A program made the position numbers and the translations under genes. The notes under the pieces were generated by a model that was not told where the DNA came from, did not search any database, and saw only the letters and a list, made by a program, of their open reading frames with translations. Positions 38,488 to 47,869 of a DNA stretch of 64,000 nt are shown piece by piece (within the stretch, counting starts at the first letter, position 1; each line of letters begins with the position of its first letter). The stretch is from Polystyrenella longa (GTDB lineage: Bacteria > Planctomycetota > Planctomycetia > Planctomycetales > Planctomycetaceae), in assembly GCF_007750395.1 (NCBI RefSeq), contig NZ_CP036281.1, positions 159,211 through 223,210 of the forward strand, given 5' to 3'.

Positions 38488-38560
38488 GGCTCGTTCGTCT
38501 AGCGGTAAAGGATTCCACTCTTTCACGGTGGAGACATGGGTTCGAATACCATACGAGTCA
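38488..38560 (+). tRNA. tRNA-Glu (anticodon UUC)
   Basis: Aligns with bacterial tRNA-Glu: GGCTCGT-TC-GTCT-AGCGGTAAA-GGAT-T-CCACT-CTTTCAC-GGTGG-AGAC-ATGGG-TTCGAAT-ACCAT-ACGAGTC-A. Anticodon TTC. D-stem has G.U pairs. Unusual G53.A61 in T-stem. CCA not encoded. Confidence 0.7.
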
Positions 38561-38582
38561 TTCCAATAAGATTTCGATTAAA

Positions 38583-38655
38583 GGGATCAAGGTGTTAGCG
38601 GCAGCATTGCCGGTTCTTACCCGGTCAGGTCAGGGTTCAAGTCCCTGTGGTCCCA
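38583..38655 (+). tRNA. tRNA-Lys (anticodon CUU)
   Basis: GGGATCA-AG-GTGT-TAGCGGCA-GCAT-T-GCCGG-TTCTTAC-CCGGT-CAGGT-CAGGG-TTCAAGT-CCCTG-TGGTCCC-A. Anticodon CTT. A at position 8 and a wobble-rich D-stem are atypical. Lies 22 nt after tRNA-Glu. Confidence 0.6.
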
Positions 38656-39190
38656 TTCACTTATTTTATCTGAGTCGCCTCAATTTCTGTTTAACATTGA
38701 CACAGAGAATCGCTAACATGAAGAAGCCCTTGAATATTCTGTGGTAACCTTCAGCCTCGAAAAGAACATTATCTGTAATCGAATATTCTATTAGCATGCG
38801 AATTAATGCCCGGTCGAACCTTGAGGATTAGCACTTCCTGGTGGACTTGAATCTTGGTACCAGAGACTTCATGTTTGAATTCACCGAGAGGGTCTTCACC
38901 TCCGCAGAATATCTTTGAGTCATTTCATGAGAGCGAAGCGACGCAATCTAAACGCAGGAGCGTAACTCGTAAACTAGATACTTTTGACGCGATTCCACTT
39001 CCGCCCTCCTATATTTAGGAAGAGTTGCAAAACATGTCTTAGATCAGTTTCAGTACATGCCTTATGTTTATTCTCTATATACCAGGAATCTAGTTATAGG
39101 GAGGGGATTGACCTTTAGTGATTCGAAGCGAACCGAGCTGAGTGTTGACTTATCCAGACGTTGCCCATTTTATAATAATCTGAACTCGAT

Positions 39191-39790
39191 ATGCCGCTCA
39201 CCGATTCTCAGTTTGTTTTTCCTGGCTCCACAGACAGCCGATTGATTCAAGGTGCAAAAGATCTTGACGCCAATTCCTGGAAAACACTCGTCGAAGACTA
39301 TGGGCCCATGATTTATCAGATCGCGAGAAGATCAGGACTACAGCCCACCGACGCTTCTGATGTTGCTCAAACAGTTCTTGTGGAACTCACGAAAAGCCTG
39401 CATAAGTTTGATCGAAAAAACAGAGGATCATTTCGCCGTTGGTTGAAGGTGATTACCCGTAATAAAGTGATTGATTTCTGGCGGCGACAAGACACTCCAC
39501 CTCAGGCATTACATGTAAACGATATTCCTGCCGTTCAGACTCCTGTGTATTCAGATGAGGTGACTCTGAATGACCGGCAAATGCAATTGCTCGACATCCT
39601 TTCACAAGTCCGTCGTGTCGTCTCTGAGCAGACTTGGCAAGCGTTCGAAATGATGCAGTCTGGTTTGGAAACCTCTGAGTCAATCGGTAAAAGACTGGGG
39701 ATTTCCGCCGATGCGGTTCGAATGGCGAAGCGGAGAGTTCTCTTGCAAATCGAATTACTACTCAAACAAGATGACAAAGAGAGTCTCTAA
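39191..39790 (+). CDS. ECF-type RNA polymerase sigma-70 factor
   Basis: Region 2 'ANSWKTLVEDYGPMIYQIARRSGLQPTDASDVAQTVLVELTKSLHKFD...SFRRWLKVITRNKVIDFWRR'. Region 4 'LGISADAVRMAKRRVLLQI'. Confidence 0.85.
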   Translation: MPLTDSQFVFPGSTDSRLIQGAKDLDANSWKTLVEDYGPMIYQIARRSGLQPTDASDVAQTVLVELTKSLHKFDRKNRGSFRRWLKVITRNKVIDFWRRQDTPPQALHVNDIPAVQTPVYSDEVTLNDRQMQLLDILSQVRRVVSEQTWQAFEMMQSGLETSESIGKRLGISADAVRMAKRRVLLQIELLLKQDDKESL

Positions 39791-40000
39791 ACAGAGTCGT
39801 CTCATTTCATCCGAGGACATCCAATTCATAACCCAGCATTGGTACTCGTGATCGGCAGAGCGATCCCCGCAAGCAACAGTCGCTTCGCGACAGGTCGACG
39901 CTCAAAAAAAGTTGCGTAACACGGCGTTACAGCAATTCGTTTCCCTGATTGCCCGTTACGTTTCTTCTACGAATTCTTCTTTGTTTTATCGATCAATCCA

Positions 40001-43000
40001 ATGAGTTGCTCCGAAACCCATCGATTAGAGTTGCTCGAAAATGAGCCACTCTCTGGAAATCTCATTACAGAGCTATTGGAGCACATTTCTTCCTGTGAGG
40101 AGTGCTTTCAACAGCTTCAGCAAAACCGTTTTTTGCTGTTTGATTCCGAGGAGGCCAATGCGGAACTTAAGGCAGTTCTGGAATTGGAAAAACTGAGTGA
40201 AGAAGTGGAATGTAAAAGCCTTCTTGCCAGAATGAAGGATCAACGGCCTGAGCATCCCGGCACTTCCTCATCGACATTACGGGGATCACTCCCTCCGGGG
40301 ACGATTCTTGATGATTTTCAACTCACAAGAATAATTGCTTGCGGAGGGATGGGAATTGTCTATGAGGCCGTGCAGCTCTCCCTGGATCGAACAGTCGCAC
40401 TGAAAGTGCTCTCCTCCTTGGGACCGGCGACAGAATTGCAAATTCAACGATTCAAGAATGAAGCACTCGTGGTGGGTAGCCTGGATCATTCAAATATCAT
40501 TCCCATTCTGGCTTTCGGGACAGTCGACGGAATTCACTTTCTGGTCATGAATTATATTGAAGGCTGTAATCTGGCACGCTTGATCAAAGCCATCGACTCC
40601 TCCACCGAGAGCGGAATGACAGGCATTGATACGACGGAGCAATACGAGTCGGATAGGGTCGACTCAGATCAAAACCAGCTCAGAGATTTCGATGACGAGT
40701 TTTCTATCAACGACGGCAATAGCCACGAAATGGAAAGAGCAAAAGACCGTCGGTTTGTCGATCAATTAGAACTGGAGAATACGAAGACGAAAGTCTATGT
40801 CGACAGGATGGTCAGGCAATTCGTCAAAGTCATTGAGGCGCTGCAATACGCTCATTCAAGGGGGATCATCCATCGTGACATAAAACCTTCGAATTTGATT
40901 CTCGACGAATCAGGCAAACTGTGGGTGGGTGACTTTGGCGTTGCCAAGCTCGATATGGCGGCAACCATCACCAAATCCAACATTCTGATCGGAACGCCAC
41001 GTTACATGAGTCCGGAGCAGGCTTTGGGGAACAGAGCTGCTGTAGATTACCGGGCGGATATCTATGGAATGGGAGTCACTCTTTACGAAACGTTGACGCT
41101 CCAACCCTTCTTTGAAGCAACCTCCATCGAGGAGGTGATCCATAGCATTATCAATGTCGTCCCGACAGCGCCGACAACACTGAATCCGGCGATCTCAACG
41201 GATCTGGAAACAATTATTCTGAAAGCGACGGCCAAAGAAGCTCGAGACCGCTACAGTTCCGCTCTCTCGTTTGCAAACGATCTCCAGAATTATCTCGACA
41301 ACAAACCCATCATGGCTTCCCGGCCTACCGTGCTGTCCCGCATCCGTAAATGGACAAAAAGAAATAAGTTGATCGCCACTATCTCGTCTCTGCTGTTTCT
41401 TGCGATCACTTTTCTTGCGATCACGATGACCGTTTACAGCTACCGAATCTCGGAAGTGAACCATAACCTGCGAATCGCTGAGGCTGATTCCAGAAAAGCC
41501 TACGAGAAAGTCGCCGCTGCGTTGGATGACTCCTCTGAGAAGAACTACCTGATGAGCGTGATGCTGGCCAGCGATGCGTCGAAAAAGCACGATTCAACAC
41601 GAGTGAATGCATTGCTGGAACCATTCATTCCTAAAGAAGGACAGAAAGATATTCGGGGACTGGAATGGTACGCCGTCAATAATGATACCTTGCCTATCAC
41701 CGACGATCTCAAGGTGTCGCAATCTGCTCTGTATGCAATCGACATCAGCCCCGACGGTTCAGTCGTGGCTGTTGCAGGCGCCGCTTCCATTATCCATTTC
41801 GTGGATGTGGCCAGCATGCAGGTTATCGACACACTCGACACGGAACAGACCGAAGTGAACAGCCTGGACTTTTCCAGCGACGGAACTCACATCGTTTCAG
41901 CCGGCGACGACCGCACTCTTCGAATCTGGGACGTGCAAACCAAGGAACTGCTCCAGACGATTACGACCTATCCCGATCCGGAACCCGGCGGGGTTAAGTA
42001 CATTGCCGTGGGAGTGAAATACACACCCGACAACCAATTTCTGATTTCCTCAGCAAACGATAAAAAGTTGAAAAAATGGTCCATCCCATCAGGAGAACAA
42101 GTTGGCGAGTTTGTCGGACATGATGATGATACGCGAGCATTTGATATTTCCCGCGACGGAAAATATCTCGTTACGGGCAGCTTTGACAGGACAGTTAGGA
42201 TGTGGGAAATGGAGTCCCAGAAAGAGATAAATATTGTGGGTATTCCTGAGGTAGACGGAACAACAAACCTAAGTATCCAGTCGGTCTCGTTTTCCCTGGA
42301 TGGAAAGGCGGTCGTTGTAGGCACCAAGAATGCCGGAGTATGCCAGTGGGAATGGCGACAGGACACTCTGCGAATAATAGGAGTCCATAAGGATCCTGTA
42401 AGTTTCGTCTGCTACTCGAACTATCAACAAGAAGTATTCGCCTGCGACCGAAGTGGAGCGGTCAAAATCTGGAATGTAGGCTCAGACACTCTTCCCAATC
42501 AGGCGTTACGGTTAACTCCTCTTGATTCACGCCAAGTCCACACCGGACGAATTTATGCAGCTTGTCTGACCATCGATGGTTCAAAGTTATTAAGCGTGGG
42601 AGAAGATGGGTGTGTAAAAGGTGTGGAACTTGTGGCAAAAAATGTAAACTCGAAAATCAGTGAATATCGTGCGATTACAACCTATGCCCATTCGCCAGAA
42701 AGTGAGCGATTAGTTGTTATTCTGAATGACGGGAAGGTGGTACATGGATTTGAAAACCGGGAGGGGAAAATCACTCGCATATGGAGGGTTGTCAGAAATG
42801 GAGTGTCGGCCGCATGTTACGCGAAGGGCAGCGACGTACTAATTACGGCTTATGGAACAGGAGAAGTGCTCGCAAACCACTGGAGGTTAAACGGCAGGAG
42901 CTATAGGGAGTTCGCAAGATGGAAACTGCCCTTCGAGGGGAGACCGACCTACATCAATTATTCTGATAAATGCGGGAGCATGTTGGTAGATAACGAGAAG

Positions 43001-43648
43001 CATGATATTTATTTATATAAATTACTTCTTCCACCGTCAGGGAAAGTCCCTGCCGAACTCGTGCAGATCTCTAAACATCGAGGCTTTCATACCATTTTAG
43101 CTCCGGACGAAATGACATTTGCGTTCGTTGACAATGATGTGGTGTATGTTTGCAGTGCCAATTCGGGAGAGGTCATTCATCAATTAAATGCGGGAATCGA
43201 AAGTGGGGTTAACTGTATAGCTTATTCACCAACTTCGCCTCGCCTCTACATAGCAGATGGCACACGCGCACTACATGTCTGGGATTTCCAGAAATCCGAC
43301 TCAGCTGAGTTCATCGTGCGTCATGATTCTTCTGTATCCTCGCTGGCTCTCTCCCCAGATGACAAAACATTACTGATTTCCGGTCTGAACAGCACATTAT
43401 CCTTCTATAGCCTTCAAGGAAGAATACAATTGCACCAGATTTCTTATCCAATGCTACGACAAATGGAATGGATGAAATCGGGGCAGCTATTGGCTTTCGC
43501 AAAGACGCCAGCGAATGCCACGCGGAATATCAAGGGCCACAAACATGATTTCGGTTACCTGCAAACACTTAGCTTTGGCGAAGAATGGGAACGTCAGTTT
43601 AACGAATTTGCAACTTCGTTACCCGATGAACAACCTGAAACGAAATAG
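40001..43648 (+). CDS. Multidomain Ser/Thr protein kinase: N-terminal zinc-finger anti-sigma-like motif, Hanks kinase domain, single TM, C-terminal WD40 beta-propeller(s)
   Basis: 'LLEHISSCEECFQQL' (HxxxCxxC anti-sigma ZnF-like). Kinase 'IACGGMGIVYEAV..VALKVL', 'HRDIKPSNLILD', 'DFGVAK', 'SPEQ'. TM 'LIATISSLLFLAITFLAITMTVYSY'. WD40 units 'GDDRTLRIWDV', 'GSFDRTVRMWEM', 'SANDKKLKKWSI'. 210 bp downstream of the ECF sigma gene. Confidence 0.85.
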   Translation: MSCSETHRLELLENEPLSGNLITELLEHISSCEECFQQLQQNRFLLFDSEEANAELKAVLELEKLSEEVECKSLLARMKDQRPEHPGTSSSTLRGSLPPGTILDDFQLTRIIACGGMGIVYEAVQLSLDRTVALKVLSSLGPATELQIQRFKNEALVVGSLDHSNIIPILAFGTVDGIHFLVMNYIEGCNLARLIKAIDSSTESGMTGIDTTEQYESDRVDSDQNQLRDFDDEFSINDGNSHEMERAKDRRFVDQLELENTKTKVYVDRMVRQFVKVIEALQYAHSRGIIHRDIKPSNLILDESGKLWVGDFGVAKLDMAATITKSNILIGTPRYMSPEQALGNRAAVDYRADIYGMGVTLYETLTLQPFFEATSIEEVIHSIINVVPTAPTTLNPAISTDLETIILKATAKEARDRYSSALSFANDLQNYLDNKPIMASRPTVLSRIRKWTKRNKLIATISSLLFLAITFLAITMTVYSYRISEVNHNLRIAEADSRKAYEKVAAALDDSSEKNYLMSVMLASDASKKHDSTRVNALLEPFIPKEGQKDIRGLEWYAVNNDTLPITDDLKVSQSALYAIDISPDGSVVAVAGAASIIHFVDVASMQVIDTLDTEQTEVNSLDFSSDGTHIVSAGDDRTLRIWDVQTKELLQTITTYPDPEPGGVKYIAVGVKYTPDNQFLISSANDKKLKKWSIPSGEQVGEFVGHDDDTRAFDISRDGKYLVTGSFDRTVRMWEMESQKEINIVGIPEVDGTTNLSIQSVSFSLDGKAVVVGTKNAGVCQWEWRQDTLRIIGVHKDPVSFVCYSNYQQEVFACDRSGAVKIWNVGSDTLPNQALRLTPLDSRQVHTGRIYAACLTIDGSKLLSVGEDGCVKGVELVAKNVNSKISEYRAITTYAHSPESERLVVILNDGKVVHGFENREGKITRIWRVVRNGVSAACYAKGSDVLITAYGTGEVLANHWRLNGRSYREFARWKLPFEGRPTYINYSDKCGSMLVDNEKHDIYLYKLLLPPSGKVPAELVQISKHRGFHTILAPDEMTFAFVDNDVVYVCSANSGEVIHQLNAGIESGVNCIAYSPTSPRLYIADGTRALHVWDFQKSDSAEFIVRHDSSVSSLALSPDDKTLLISGLNSTLSFYSLQGRIQLHQISYPMLRQMEWMKSGQLLAFAKTPANATRNIKGHKHDFGYLQTLSFGEEWERQFNEFATSLPDEQPETK

Positions 43649-44035
43649 TTCCGGACGGCATCACTCCACTGCGTTTGACTCACATCAGCCTCCTATTGCG
43701 GAGTAGACAGAGGAGACCAGAATCCAACTCATCTCTTGGCCCGTGCTCTGATCCGTCCGCCGGAACCTACTAGCTGAGAATGAAGCAAGTCATGCTACGC
43801 AAAGCAATCAGTACTAGTACGCCCCTCTTCTTATTCACCAAGGATCGCCAGCATCGGCTAACTTTCTCGAGTTCACTCCTGATAGGAAGATCTCAGGTTC
43901 GAATTGCATGTCCGATCCACGGTAGCGTTAACTTCAGATTTCACGCTGCATTGCCCTTAACGACTGTTTTGGGTCAGAAGATGACTTGCGAGTGGGGTTC
44001 GACTTTTTCTCTGCTTGAGGGTTCGATTGTCGTCT

Positions 44036-45514
44036 TTACTTCACTTGATACGGGTATCCCTGTTTGAATTGCAGTGAATACAGATTTGCGTTGGAAAGTT
44101 CGATTCGTAAACGGACGGGTTTCCCAGCATAAGCGGAAACATCACCATCAGTTTTCCAGAAGACTTGTTTCACATTCTTGCGACCGGAGACTGGTAAGCA
44201 GTCCTCAGCACGACGGTTTTTGAATGGCTGACCTTCAATGTCCAGAACGGCAACACGAACGTAGCCGTCATCATGTATCTCTGAGTTCAACTCCAGAGTG
44301 TTGCCTTCAAAGATCAGGGGCGGAGTTATGAAATATCCCCCCTTGGCATCAGCCTCGGCAGACACGAAGCGATCCAATGGAACAGTCACGCGGCTGAAGA
44401 TTCTGCTGCCCGTGGGTTGCGTGAGATTCTCCAATTGACCTTCCGCATGATTCAGCTGCGAACCCCCATAATAGAGATACAGTTCGTCTTCGTGCCGAAT
44501 CATTCCCTGGCCCATATAGAGCGAACCACTGTCGAATTCGCCTTCTTTTCCCAGTGGAATAAACGGCGTTTTCTGGTCAGGATAAGTCCACTTAATTCCG
44601 TCGCGGCTCACTGCCAGTCGAATATCGAGTGTTTGCGTATCATGCTGGAACAGGCTGGGGAACATGAAATAAACGCCGTCCGCGAACTGGTACTTGGTTG
44701 CGGCGGAATTATAAAGATCACTTTCTGGCGGATCATTGTCATCCGGGGCTAGAACCAACGAAAGATCGGGGAAGTGTTCGAAGTCTTCACTTTCGGCGCG
44801 GCCCAACGCGCGCCCCCGATGGGGAACTCGACCGTAAATGGAGTATTTCTTTTTGCTGTCGTCCCAGAAACCAGAGAATTGGCTGTCCGCGAATAAGTTG
44901 CAGATCGGTTTGGGATATCTAGTCCACTTAATTCCGTCCGGCGAATACATACCGGCGATTCTGTAATCGGGTGGAGTAGGAAACATTCCCTGAGAGATCG
45001 CTTTGTAGCGAGATTCCGGAGGCGCCGAGGAATCGATAAACACGCACGCTCCATGAACGCGCGAATGCGCCCCTTCCGGACCAATTTGCCTGAACAATAC
45101 GTTGTTCGCCTTGCTGCCCTGGTATTCAAACAGCCCCAGTTCAGGCTTGGTCCAGTGAATACCATCTTTAGATTCGCAATAACAAAAAGAGGTGTCGTTA
45201 ATGGTGGGCCAGCCTTCGACGTCGTAGCACTCATACCACATTCGATACACGCCATCGTCCTCAAGAAAACTAAACCAATTCAGAGTGGCGTTTTCCCACG
45301 GTCGATCTCGAACAAGGTTATGTTCACCCGTTTTATGAGCGGGATGCATTGCGAGATGAATGTTTTCACTCTGTTCAAAGAACAGGTCGTCAATCAGCAA
45401 CTGTTTGTCACCACCGATATTCAGAGCCTGTTTTTCTGACACTTCCTCGGCCACGCACAGAGCAATCGTTAAGGTGAAATACAGTGAAGCTGTGACAAGA
45501 AAGAAGGATTTCAT
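44036..45514 (-). CDS. Secreted Asp-box (S-x-D-G-x-x-W) five-bladed beta-propeller glycoside-hydrolase-like protein (GH32/43/sialidase-like superfamily)
   Basis: Preferred start MKSFFLVTASLYFTLTIALCVAEE (signal peptide; track ORF extends to 45574). Asp-box-like 'SKDGIHWTKP', 'SPDGIKWTRY', 'SRDGIKWTYP'. Confidence 0.65.
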   Translation of the reverse strand: MKSFFLVTASLYFTLTIALCVAEEVSEKQALNIGGDKQLLIDDLFFEQSENIHLAMHPAHKTGEHNLVRDRPWENATLNWFSFLEDDGVYRMWYECYDVEGWPTINDTSFCYCESKDGIHWTKPELGLFEYQGSKANNVLFRQIGPEGAHSRVHGACVFIDSSAPPESRYKAISQGMFPTPPDYRIAGMYSPDGIKWTRYPKPICNLFADSQFSGFWDDSKKKYSIYGRVPHRGRALGRAESEDFEHFPDLSLVLAPDDNDPPESDLYNSAATKYQFADGVYFMFPSLFQHDTQTLDIRLAVSRDGIKWTYPDQKTPFIPLGKEGEFDSGSLYMGQGMIRHEDELYLYYGGSQLNHAEGQLENLTQPTGSRIFSRVTVPLDRFVSAEADAKGGYFITPPLIFEGNTLELNSEIHDDGYVRVAVLDIEGQPFKNRRAEDCLPVSGRKNVKQVFWKTDGDVSAYAGKPVRLRIELSNANLYSLQFKQGYPYQVK

Positions 45515-45826
45515 TAGCCGTCTGAACTCCAAGGTGAGGGCAACTTGACGTGAATTGTAGAGTATCGGCCTCAACTGTACGCCTTCAGAACAGGCTGAAC
45601 AAGTGACGGGCTGCCGTTAGCAACCGGTTTGCCAGTGCGGCCGGGGCTCGATTCCCTCTCTGAGTTCTTTATTGAGTTGCTCAAAATTCTCGGTGATCCC
45701 GAGGACGTGAGGAGTTCAAGGTTATGAAAAGCTATAAAAACGAAGGCGGTTCCGAGTGGTGAACATGATGTGAAATCTCTGCATTTAGGAACCGCCTTCA
45801 TTGTAACCTCATTCCGACAGCGCTCG

Positions 45827-46381
45827 TTAAGCTGAAGTCAGGAGTTGGTTTTCATGGACCTGAGTTCGGAGTAGGTCCACCATTGATGGATCAAAGAAAT
45901 TTCCTGCGGGAAAGTGGAGTGGAATTTCATCGGTCATATCGAGCCCGCTTTTCCAATGGAGCCAGCGACCCCAACTCAATTGCGACGCCCAATGGTGCAT
46001 CGCGTCACGCAATCGGATGACGGAAGGATGATCCTGCTCCTTGATTTCCTGAAGTGCGTTCTGTGCTCCTTGTGGAAGCTTCGCCAGCATGAGGGCCGTT
46101 ACTAGATTCGCACGGTAGATAACCGGAAGTTCGGGCCGCATCCAAGTGCAACTGAGAGGAATGACGAGTGCCCGAAACAGGCTAAGAGCTTCGCGATGTC
46201 TCTCCATCCGCATGAGGCAGACGCCACGTGCGTTGCGGATTTCAGGAAGCGCAGTATTCTCTCCGTCAAGAAGATGGAAAGCCTCTTTATGTCGCCCGGC
46301 TTCGGACAAAGCGGAGACTCGCTGGATAAGATTCGGTGAAGTCTGATGAGATGATAATCTATTGTGAGAATGGTTATTCAT
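45827..46381 (-). CDS. Hypothetical protein (184 aa), helical, no recognisable domain
   Basis: Single clean ORF upstream of and co-oriented with the beta-propeller gene. Weak TPR-like character. Confidence 0.4.
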   Translation of the reverse strand: MNNHSHNRLSSHQTSPNLIQRVSALSEAGRHKEAFHLLDGENTALPEIRNARGVCLMRMERHREALSLFRALVIPLSCTWMRPELPVIYRANLVTALMLAKLPQGAQNALQEIKEQDHPSVIRLRDAMHHWASQLSWGRWLHWKSGLDMTDEIPLHFPAGNFFDPSMVDLLRTQVHENQLLTSA

Positions 46382-47869
46382 GATATAGCTCGCTGCGGAG
46401 AGAAGAACTGCCGCATTAATCTCCTGTTGCCGGATACCTCTCGGGCGACAGAAAGCGCGCAGACTCTCTTGGAAAAAGGTGATGAAGATTGAACATCGAA
46501 TAAATGAGTTATTGATTCATCTAACGAGGTTCATCGCAGCGATAACACCTGCAGCATTCGCAACGAAGGCCCTGAACCAACAGGAACCCCGTGGGGGCCA
46601 TATGCGAAAAAGCGTTGGCTGGGGAGGGGGGCCAGAATCAGCGGCAGCAACGAGGTCGACAATTCGACCGGATCGTGGTTTGTTCCCGATTCCATCGACC
46701 GTAGAAGAGACGTTTCTTCCGTGGGAAGAATACAGAGGCAAGCTTGATCTCCCAATTGATTGAGGGGAGCAATGCCCAAATCGGTCGGGGACGCCTGGGA
46801 TGGGACCATGGCGGCGGGCATCAATGAGATTGCCAGCAGCAATACCAGAGCCCGCAAGATGCGAAACGAATTAAAGCCCGAGTGCGCACAACGGCTTTCC
46901 CGGAAGGGGCCGGAGCCTTTGGCGAGATTCGATTGGACTTGAGCGTGTAACAAGCGATGAGCTCAGTTCAGAGGGAGAGGACGTCTTAGAAATCGTCGGA
47001 ACTGAAGCTGCTTCGACGGTACTGTTCCAGAATTATAAATTCGATGAACTTGTTAGGGCAAGAGGAGAAATTCCTTCAAGAGCTGAATTCAGGGATTTCA
47101 ATCAACGCGTCTATTAAGGGGCGGCCAGTACACTAGAAAAGGTTACACGATCTGACAATTAAGCAAGTCGTTAATTGAGGTCCAGATTCACGGTGAGCAC
47201 GGAACCGAGAGGTGAAACCCAAACGGAAAAGGCCTCTCGTTGAATGGTCCTACTCAATGGACACACAACAAGGCAGACTTGACTCACCAGAGAGTTTCAG
47301 AATCGTTTAAAGATGAACAATTCCTGGCAATGAAGATCGGCAATGATACGATTTCAAGATCGTGGAACATTAAATAATTCACTGTTAGATTTGTGTGAAA
47401 ATAAAAATACTCCCTGCTCAATGTTTTACATTTATAAGCTAGGTCGTTAATAAATCTCCAGCACGAAACCACAGATCCAATGGCTATCGTTTTGAAAAAG
47501 AGGCTTTGCTGACTAAATCACGTTACGCCAGTTCGTTCTTTAGTTGGAATGATGTTTGAAATCTATTTGATTGCGACTCTCCTCTTATCTGTGCCTAATT
47601 ATAGAGACTTGGAATGATGTGCTAATGATGATGGCATACAAGCTTCAATAAGCCCATGTCGATTTGTCTGTTAAGAAGACTTAACAGGATACGACTCGAT
47701 TGCAAGAATAATCAAATAATCAGATCTATTTTGTTGATTCTGATTTGAACCCGCGTAATTCAAAATAGACGCTTAAATTTTCCTTCCCGGGCTTTATCCC
47801 ACCTAAGCCAAACCTGCAGCAACGCAGGTTGTCCGTTTATTACTTTTCCCCCGCCATAAGGACAACTCA

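Noticed and set aside
38469-38747. 92-aa plus-strand ORF 'MSDLLTRLVRLAVKDSTLSRWRHG...'
   Set aside because: It is a read-through translation across the tRNA-Glu and tRNA-Lys genes and is not protein coding.
46479-46953. Overlapping ORFs 46531..46953 (-) 140 aa and 46479..46763 (+) 94 aa
   Set aside because: Neither has a recognisable motif. The minus-strand ORF has a signal-peptide-like hydrophobic stretch, but only 30 residues after its Met. It is too ambiguous to call without homology evidence.
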